From positions 3,447-67,446 of the forward strand of contig CAZLGG010000004.1 of the NCBI GenBank assembly GCA_964559135.1: a stretch of 64,000 nt of DNA. Direction: 5' to 3'. The DNA is from an uncultured Planctomycetia bacterium. GTDB taxonomy: Bacteria; Planctomycetota; GCA-002687715; DRQF01. The translations under genes were made by a program, and so were the position numbers. Under the pieces are notes generated by a model, which had not been told where the DNA came from, did not search any database, and saw nothing but the letters and a program-made list of their open reading frames with translations. This document shows, in pieces, positions 57,650 through 64,000 of the stretch. Every line of letters starts with the position of its first letter. The first letter of the stretch is position 1.

Positions 57650-58660
57650 TCAGCGCCCCTGCACCTGGATCTTCGTCATCCGCTCCACCCGGAGCTGCCA
57701 CATGTACCATTCATCTTCGCTCATGGGGCGTGTGGTCAACCCGTGGACGATCTCATCCTCGACATCCCGGTAGGAGGTCTTCCGGCCCTTGTGGCGCTCC
57801 ACGATTCTCACGATCTGGTACCGCCGCCGACCCACCGCATCGCGCGCCTCGATGACCGAACTGACGCTGCCCACGGGGAGATCGAATGCCACCCGCTCGA
57901 GGGCTGGATTCAGTGCCAACCTCCAGACGGGGAACATCAATCCACCGTTCTCCGCCGAGGGATGGATGCTGTAGGTCCGAGCGAGCGCGGCGAAGTCAGC
58001 ACCGTCCTCGAGCATGGCTCGGATCTTTCGAGCCTGGACCGGATCGGTGAGACTGATGATGCGAAAACGGACCCGATCCTCGAGGATTTCCTGATACCGA
58101 ACGAGCCGCGAGAGCAACCGCTTCGATCGCTCGCGATTGCGGGCGACCCTTTCGTACTCCGTGAGCCCCTGACCGGTTTTCCGCAACAACCACGTTTCGA
58201 GATCGAGAGCGCGGCCGGTTTCCAGGCGAGCCCGCTCGCGCATCTGCTTCTCTTGGCCCGCCCACCAACGGTCGATCTCGTCTTCATCGACGCGGATGCC
58301 GTACTTGGCGACCTCGACGGCGAGAACCCGGTTCGACAGCATGACCGCGATGGAGGATCTCACCTTCTCGGGAAACGTCTGGAGCATGTAGTCGTAGACC
58401 TGGCTTTTCGTCAGGTCCTCGCTCCCCACGCTGGCCACGACGGCATCGCCGCCCTTGGGAAACTCCAAGAAATCAGGACCGTCGCCGCGGTGGACATCGA
58501 TGCTGCGCAGCGACGCGGCGGGGTCTTCCGAGGTCATGGACGGGGCTTCGGCCACGGGATCGCGAGGCGCCTCGGATTCCCCCTCCTCCACCTCGCCCCA
58601 GATCGGGGCACTGCGACAGGAAACCAGACACAAAAGACATGCGGCAAGAAGGTACTTCAT
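57650..58660 (-). CDS. parvulin-type peptidyl-prolyl isomerase lipoprotein (SurA/PrsA-like)
   Basis: Lipoprotein signal MKYLLAACLLCLVSC. N-terminal chaperone-like helical region. PpiC-type PPIase domain FAALARTYSIHPSAENGGLMFPVWRLALNPALERVAFDLPVGSVSSVIE. The ORF is open to 58777. Confidence 0.7.
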   Translation of the reverse strand: MKYLLAACLLCLVSCRSAPIWGEVEEGESEAPRDPVAEAPSMTSEDPAASLRSIDVHRGDGPDFLEFPKGGDAVVASVGSEDLTKSQVYDYMLQTFPEKVRSSIAVMLSNRVLAVEVAKYGIRVDEDEIDRWWAGQEKQMRERARLETGRALDLETWLLRKTGQGLTEYERVARNRERSKRLLSRLVRYQEILEDRVRFRIISLTDPVQARKIRAMLEDGADFAALARTYSIHPSAENGGLMFPVWRLALNPALERVAFDLPVGSVSSVIEARDAVGRRRYQIVRIVERHKGRKTSYRDVEDEIVHGLTTRPMSEDEWYMWQLRVERMTKIQVQGR

Positions 58661-58739
58661 GAGGAAACGGTGGCATCGGGAGACGCAACGCGCAAGGGGG
58701 ACCGGAACCCTACCGACGGGACCGGCGCCGAGGGAGGAT

Positions 58740-60206
58740 TCACCTGAAGTTGATGGTGCGATCGCCCTTGTTTCCATGGCAACGCGGGCAAGTCCGCCTC
58801 ACGATGCCCCCCTGGCTTCCCAACTCTTTGATGCTCCCGGTCGCCCCGCAGGTCGGACAGGGGCGCATGAAGGTGTTCAGCACCTCGAATTTCTTGGCGT
58901 TCTCCGCGAAATAGGCCCTGAGGAAAAAACTCCGTTGGATCATGCTGGCCCGCACCCACCACTGCTCCTTCGTCACGAGCTTCTTCTTCTGAGGCTGCGC
59001 CTGGGGCTGGTTTCTCCCACCCCGGCGGTTCCGCCGCAAGCGATTGATGAGTTCTTGGACCTGGCGATTCCCGCCGCCGCTACCGTCGCCAACCTTCTTC
59101 TCTCCCATGACGACGAAAGTCCCGGAACCGTAGCTGGCCGTCCGGCGGGCTCCCTTGGGGCGATCCTCCCACATTTTCTCGACCTCCTTCTTCGGGTCGA
59201 GGGAGAACTTCTTCGCGATGGCCTCGACGACGTCCTTGTGCAACTGGGAGCGCACATAGCTCATCGCCTTGTCGATCGAGACGCGCTTTTCCTTGTCGCC
59301 ACTGCCGATGTTCTTGTCGGAAGCCACCTTCCGAATGAGACGATCGACCTGCCGCCGATACTCTCGAGCCACCTGTTGGCGAAAATACCCCCACCGCTTC
59401 TGGAGAACGCGTTCCTTTTTCTTCTCGATCTCCTTCCGAGTGACGGCGTCGAGATCCCCCAGAGACAGCAATTCGTCGAGCAAACTGACCGCCACGTCGA
59501 AGTGACGCCTGGCCGCTTCCAGATCCGCCTCCCGAACACCGTTGCGAATCTCCTTGCGGCGATCCAAGACCTCGAGTCGTTTCAGTTGATTCGCGACGTA
59601 GTCGGGCCGGAACTCGGAATCGATGCTCTGCACTTGCCGATAGTGCTCGACGGCCTTCGCGTACATGCCGACCTTCGCCGCCCAGCGAGCCATGGCGAAT
59701 TGGGCTTGTAGGTCGTCATCGGTGGGCCGGCGCCTCTCCAATTCCTGCTGATAGAGCTCTTCCGGCGAGTAGACGTCGAACTTGCTGACGAGGCGATCCT
59801 CGATACGACGGATGGCGGACCGAAGGAACGCCGTCTCCCCTTTCACCGTGCGAAGGTAGACACGTTCCTGATCCTCGGGGTGCGGAACGACGACACCGTC
59901 GTAATCGTCACCCTTGATCGTGTAGATCCGCTGTCCGGGCATCTGGAGGTCCGCGCCCGACAGGTCGTCGTCGAGCCCGAATTCGACGCGCAGACGTTGG
60001 CGGTCCTCTTCGCGAAGCAACTCCCAGCGGATGAACAGATGCCCACCCGTGTCCAAACGCCGGACTTCGATCCCTTTCTCTGTTCCGGAAAGGAGTCGCA
60101 CTTGCAACAGGCGGCCGTCCTTCAGAAAGATGACCTCCGCCAGGGCGGCGACACCCATCCACAGGACGAGAACCGCGGTGAGAAACAGTCTGCTACGACT
60201 CATCAT
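58740..60206 (-). CDS. signal-anchored hypothetical protein with C-terminal CxxC..CxxC zinc-ribbon, distal gene of the pseudopilin operon
   Basis: 488 aa from MMSRSRLFLTAVLVLWMGVAALAE. The start overlaps the stop of the upstream pseudopilin gene by 1 nt (TAATG). Helical/TPR-like middle. C-terminus RPCPTCGATGSIKELGSQGGIVRRTCPRCHGNKGDRT. Confidence 0.5.
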   Translation of the reverse strand: MMSRSRLFLTAVLVLWMGVAALAEVIFLKDGRLLQVRLLSGTEKGIEVRRLDTGGHLFIRWELLREEDRQRLRVEFGLDDDLSGADLQMPGQRIYTIKGDDYDGVVVPHPEDQERVYLRTVKGETAFLRSAIRRIEDRLVSKFDVYSPEELYQQELERRRPTDDDLQAQFAMARWAAKVGMYAKAVEHYRQVQSIDSEFRPDYVANQLKRLEVLDRRKEIRNGVREADLEAARRHFDVAVSLLDELLSLGDLDAVTRKEIEKKKERVLQKRWGYFRQQVAREYRRQVDRLIRKVASDKNIGSGDKEKRVSIDKAMSYVRSQLHKDVVEAIAKKFSLDPKKEVEKMWEDRPKGARRTASYGSGTFVVMGEKKVGDGSGGGNRQVQELINRLRRNRRGGRNQPQAQPQKKKLVTKEQWWVRASMIQRSFFLRAYFAENAKKFEVLNTFMRPCPTCGATGSIKELGSQGGIVRRTCPRCHGNKGDRTINFR

Positions 60207-60691
60207 TAACGCTCCGTCTTGGCCCCACCGAGGGGCTCCAAGCGACTCGAACTCTTCCGCACGAGATCTTCGAAACTCGGTCTGAGACTCATGGGGAGAT
60301 AGCCCCAATCATAACCCTCCTCCTCGGAAACTCCCCGAGGAATCACCCGTATGCGGACCAACCACCCTCGCCCGCCCTCCTCACCCGGATACGGCAGGGC
60401 GTCGACCGTGTACTCCAAGCCCTCGCGACCGGGGACAGGCTCTCGCTCCAGGTGGATCTCTCCATCCGCCCCGTCACGCGTGAGAGCCATCAGGCGCTCA
60501 CGGACCGCACCATGAAGTTCGGCCTGAGCAGCGGCAGCGTCCAGTTCCACCTCGGCGTCCCGCGCAAGATTCAGTCCCGCGGAAAACAGTCCCACGATTC
60601 CGGTCATTCCCACGAGCAAGATGGAAAACGCCACCAGCAACTCGACGAGAGTGAAGCCCGCGCAACGCGATGAATTCCGGCTCGCATTCAT
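60206..60691 (-). CDS. prepilin-type N-terminal cleavage/methylation domain protein (minor pseudopilin, GspI/H-like)
   Basis: 161 aa. Short basic leader MNASRNSSRCA, then G-FTLVELLVAFSILLVGMTGIVGLF (class III signal with Glu at +5). The start overlaps the stop of the upstream pseudopilin (ATGA). Confidence 0.7.
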   Translation of the reverse strand: MNASRNSSRCAGFTLVELLVAFSILLVGMTGIVGLFSAGLNLARDAEVELDAAAAQAELHGAVRERLMALTRDGADGEIHLEREPVPGREGLEYTVDALPYPGEEGGRGWLVRIRVIPRGVSEEEGYDWGYLPMSLRPSFEDLVRKSSSRLEPLGGAKTER

Positions 60692-61938
60692 TTCACGCCC
60701 TCCCCGGCGCGCCGAAAGAAACTTCGCCCCGCCGGAACGATGAGATCCCGCCGGAAGGAGCGTCCAGCCAGCACCGCGCTTCCGGAGACGTGGCGCGCGG
60801 GATGAGTTCCCCGGACACCGCGGCGCACCTGGAGATCGGGACCGTCGGCGGCGACGACCTCCATCCACTCGTCCTCGATGCGCAGATGCCGGGGCCCGCG
60901 TCCCGCATCGAATTCGACGAAGAGCTCGGGATCGCTGATGCGCAGACTGCGTTCGCGCGTCCCGACGTCCCCCACGAGTGCCGCCGCCGCGGCGGCACCT
61001 TCGGGGGCGAACGTGACGACGAGCCGCAGTCGCTTGGGATAGACGTCGTCCTCGGTGTCCTGCAGGGAAGCTCCCCCGACACCCAAACCGAACGGTTCGT
61101 AGAGACCCCGGGTGCTGTCCCACCAGAGTTCGCTCCAGTCATTGGGCTTTCGTCCGAGGCCCTCACCCGAGAGAACATCCTCCTCTCGCCACTCCTTGGT
61201 GTTCTGACTCCAGCAAACGAGACCGAAATAGAGGATTCCCGTGACGACGGGGCTTGCATGGGCCTCCAACCAGTCGGCGGTCATGACTTTCGAGGGATCC
61301 GGTTGCAAGAGGGAGCCCTTCCCTCCGATCGGCGACCGAAAGACCCGATAGAGCGTATACGTGTGGGGCGCATCGGACGGTCCTCGATCCAGATACCAAG
61401 CCACTTCCATCAGGTTCTCGGGCGGCAACAGACCCGGTGCGGCCTGTCCGGATTGCTTCTTCGGGTCCGAGAGTGCGCCGCTCTCCTCGAGATCGTTCAC
61501 GCCGTCGATGTAGGCCTCTGACCCCAGACGCGTCCCGGCGAACCGTGCGACCGTGCTCTCACGCTCGCTCCCGGGATAGGTCCTTGCGAAACGCAAAAGA
61601 AAAGACCGCGGGTCCCCGGTCGCATAGGTCTTGGTGGCAACGTTGCCCGGGTCGTCGCCCTTGGGCGCCACCAGAATCGAGACGCGATCATGGCTGAGGA
61701 AAAAGGGAGCCGTGACTCCGCCGCCATCCGGGTCGCCGATCCAGGTGCAGCGCAGGTCCTCCTCCAGGAGCCGCAGCGTCTGATCCATTTTGTCGTTCAA
61801 TTCGCCCCCGCCCCTCCCGGACCGATAGATGCCCAGGCTCTGTCGCATGAGGACGAACACGAAGAGGCCGAGCACGGAGAAGATGCTCATGGCGACCATC
61901 AATTCGATGAGCGTGATGCCGGATCGTCTGCCCCTCAT
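60688..61938 (-). CDS. large prepilin-type N-terminal domain protein (GspJ/K-like minor pseudopilin, 416 aa)
   Basis: Leader MRGRRSG, then ITLIELMVAMSIFSVLGLFVFVLM, then an about 380-aa periplasmic domain. The start overlaps the stop of the upstream large gene (ATGA). Confidence 0.65.
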   Translation of the reverse strand: MRGRRSGITLIELMVAMSIFSVLGLFVFVLMRQSLGIYRSGRGGGELNDKMDQTLRLLEEDLRCTWIGDPDGGGVTAPFFLSHDRVSILVAPKGDDPGNVATKTYATGDPRSFLLRFARTYPGSERESTVARFAGTRLGSEAYIDGVNDLEESGALSDPKKQSGQAAPGLLPPENLMEVAWYLDRGPSDAPHTYTLYRVFRSPIGGKGSLLQPDPSKVMTADWLEAHASPVVTGILYFGLVCWSQNTKEWREEDVLSGEGLGRKPNDWSELWWDSTRGLYEPFGLGVGGASLQDTEDDVYPKRLRLVVTFAPEGAAAAAALVGDVGTRERSLRISDPELFVEFDAGRGPRHLRIEDEWMEVVAADGPDLQVRRGVRGTHPARHVSGSAVLAGRSFRRDLIVPAGRSFFRRAGEGVK

Positions 61939-64000
61939 CGCAACGCCTCCCTCGACCCCACGATGGGCTCGGCCAAGTAGCGCAATTCGAGGTCCAAGAG
62001 TCTCGGCGTCTCCTTCCAATCGTTGCGTGTCATGTTCACAGGGTCGATGGCGTCGGGGCGATACGTGAAGAACACACGCCCCTCGAGGCCCTTGCCGCCT
62101 CGATTGAGGAGGAATCGATCGAGTTTGTCGCGCGCTCTCCCCGATGCACTCTCCAAAAGAAGCAACTTACCGGCTGATTTCTGCGGGGGAGTATCCCAGG
62201 GGATCTCAGGATCGAAACGGAGAAGGACGTTGAGACCGATCGCCGGCTTATCGAAACGGTGATGCCAGGCGATGCCGCGGATGAAACTTCTCGCCTCCGA
62301 CATGGAAAAGCCGAAGAAGGCGAGTTCGGGATCATCGGAGTTGGGCGTGTACCGGTCCCAGTATCGAAACGGCATCTCCAGGACGATCTCCGATTGGGGA
62401 TGACTGCCGCGAAGCGTTCCATAGCGTCCCCGGAAGATGCCGACGGATCGACCTGTCTTGGGGTCGTCACCCTGGGGCATGCGGAGTTCCCCTCCCTGGG
62501 ACTGGACGTAATGCGCCATCTCTCGACCGACGAGCACCGTTCCGCCCTCGAAGGGGAAGTCCCGGCCGTCCTGGACGGCAATGCGGTAGTCGTCGGGCTG
62601 AAGCTCGCGGCTCAGTCGACTCACCACGCGCCAATCCAGGAACGTGATGTTGGAACCGAATCCGTGCTTTTCCGGCGTGGTCCCCATGAATCCTCGTTCG
62701 CAGTCGAGGAGCCGGGGCGGATCCCCCTGAGCCACGCCGCGATACGCGATGATCTCGTCATCGATGAGGACGAGACCGGCATCCGTGGGCAACGTGACGC
62801 TCCCCTGGCCCACGAGCAACTCTCGCCCGTCGCTCAGCCAGTCATTGAGTTGGTTGCTGAGATTCCCCGGCAGATCCGGAACCCACCAGGCCTGAACGAT
62901 GGGGATTTCCGTCGCGCTGTCGTCCAGTCCCAGCGGAAAGGGATCCGGAGCCCCCCCCACCGGGTTCACGAGCTGCTGGTCCCAGAGGACGAACCGTTCC
63001 TCCCTGAGTCGGGCCAGACGCACCTCGTCGAGGAGCCCTCCGCCCCGCGGACTTCCCCCCGCATCGCCGCCCACCCAGGCATCCGGGGAACGCCCCACGT
63101 TCGGCATCTCGCCGGAAGGAAACTTGACGAGGCGTGTGTATCGCCGACGATCGCGGTTGTCGAAACTCCGTCCACCCAGGGGGAGAGCGATCTGGTTGAG
63201 GCGGCCGAGAATGTTCTGCGTCAGCGCCACGAGGGGCCCGTTCGTCCACGCGACATAGAAGCGCCCCCGGAAGTCATCGACCGGCGAGATCACGGTGACG
63301 CTGTCACCGTAGCCGGCGGCGGTGGCGCCTCGAAGATTCGTGACCGTCGTCCGGAAAACGGGAATGGCGGAATTCCCCGCGGGGTGGACCGCGGCGGAAT
63401 CCGTCGGATCGAAATAGCCGAACTGGTCGGTACCGGCTTGGCTGCGGAACCGGAGTTGATTGTTCACCGTGATGGGATCCGGAGCGGGCGGCATATTCGT
63501 GGACCCACCCCCGGGATTGAAGCCCCCACCACCGTTGATTTGGTTGCGAACCGCATTGACCGCGGCCGCCAGGCGACTCCTCTCGTGGCAAAGCAACATC
63601 CCGCCCGCCCGATCCACTCCGTAGTAGGCGATCCACTCCACCCGATGCGACGCGAAGTTCTGGAACGTGGGGCGTTGCAGTGGCTGTCCCAACTGGATGT
63701 ACTCGGCTCGGGGGGTCCCGTTCGCCAGTTCCGGCTCCTTGTAGCCCTCGGCATCGGTGAGGTGGATCGAGATGGGGAAGATGGCCGCCACGCCCGGGGA
63801 ATTCGGGCCGCCTCCCGTGAGGCGTGTGACGATCTTTGCCAGGGTCGCGGTGTAGAGCGTCGTGTTGGCGTTGAGGGGCAATTGGTCCGCCAACTGGGGA
63901 TTGAAGGGATTCGTGACGGACGTCACGCCGGTCAACCGAGCGCCCTGTCGGCCTTGGAATCGAATGAGCTGGGCCACGGTCATGAGCTGAGTGTTGAGAT
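61935..64000 (-). CDS. large hypothetical secreted/periplasmic protein, first visible gene of the pseudopilin operon (5' end outside the window)
   Basis: The reading frame is open from the window edge; at least 688 aa are in the window. Gly/Pro/Asp-rich with no recognisable domain. Its stop is coupled to the next gene. Candidate pilus/pseudopilus tip or GspK-like component. Confidence 0.5.
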   Translation of the reverse strand, partial: LNTQLMTVAQLIRFQGRQGARLTGVTSVTNPFNPQLADQLPLNANTTLYTATLAKIVTRLTGGGPNSPGVAAIFPISIHLTDAEGYKEPELANGTPRAEYIQLGQPLQRPTFQNFASHRVEWIAYYGVDRAGGMLLCHERSRLAAAVNAVRNQINGGGGFNPGGGSTNMPPAPDPITVNNQLRFRSQAGTDQFGYFDPTDSAAVHPAGNSAIPVFRTTVTNLRGATAAGYGDSVTVISPVDDFRGRFYVAWTNGPLVALTQNILGRLNQIALPLGGRSFDNRDRRRYTRLVKFPSGEMPNVGRSPDAWVGGDAGGSPRGGGLLDEVRLARLREERFVLWDQQLVNPVGGAPDPFPLGLDDSATEIPIVQAWWVPDLPGNLSNQLNDWLSDGRELLVGQGSVTLPTDAGLVLIDDEIIAYRGVAQGDPPRLLDCERGFMGTTPEKHGFGSNITFLDWRVVSRLSRELQPDDYRIAVQDGRDFPFEGGTVLVGREMAHYVQSQGGELRMPQGDDPKTGRSVGIFRGRYGTLRGSHPQSEIVLEMPFRYWDRYTPNSDDPELAFFGFSMSEARSFIRGIAWHHRFDKPAIGLNVLLRFDPEIPWDTPPQKSAGKLLLLESASGRARDKLDRFLLNRGGKGLEGRVFFTYRPDAIDPVNMTRNDWKETPRLLDLELRYLAEPIVGSREALR

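Overview
The window is 64 kb of GC-rich (about 65% GC) bacterial chromosome. The gene content (Lol-type ABC pair, SurA/PpiD-like chaperones, an Lgt homologue, lipobox lipoproteins, prepilin-like pseudopilins) suggests a didermic bacterium, probably from a poorly characterised lineage. Coding density is very high. In several places the two strands carry long overlapping open frames; I treat these as GC-driven antisense shadows and make one call per locus.

Most of the window is a housekeeping backbone:
- An NfeD-NfeD-FloA (SPFH/flotillin) operon at the left edge, with the first NfeD 5'-partial.
- A hybrid sensor histidine kinase, a LolCD-like ABC pair, a HEAT-repeat protein, polA, lgt and a PRPP-synthetase-like gene.
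- glyQS, the thrS-infC-rpmI-rplT-pheS-pheT block, and aspS.
- A complete ten-gene F1Fo ATP synthase operon (atpZ-atpI-atpBEFHAGDC).
- ndk, an NFACT/RqcH-like gene, rnpA-yidD, scpB and two PPIase/SurA-like chaperones.

Five accessory or unexplained pieces carry most of the interest:
- A translationally coupled operon at the right edge. Two prepilin-type (GFTLxE N-terminus) pseudopilin-like genes sit between a large protein of more than 682 aa that runs out of the window and a signal-anchored protein with a C-terminal CxxC..CxxC zinc ribbon. No GspG-like major pseudopilin, secretion ATPase or secretin is in view.
- Two tandem paralogous secreted proteins (381 aa each) of no recognisable family, inserted between the thrS operon and aspS. 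Each has its own RBS and a near-identical hairpin terminator.
- A small island of a C26 amidotransferase-like hydrolase, a radical SAM/SPASM enzyme, a GT4 glycosyltransferase, a lipoprotein and an Rpn (YhgA-like) PD-(D/E)XK nuclease. It includes a perfect AT-rich palindrome just upstream of the radical SAM gene. The Rpn gene has an in-frame internal start that could produce a DUF4351-only product (RpnS-like).
- An imperfect palindromic, REP-like repeat of about 90 bp, present at least twice, both times in spacers between convergent genes.
- A surface/envelope cluster: Wzy_C-TPR fusion coupled to a tiny membrane protein, a Kelch beta-propeller lipoprotein, a large M14 carboxypeptidase, and a Lys-rich secreted protein.

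No rRNA, tRNA, CRISPR array or recognisable transposase or integrase was found.
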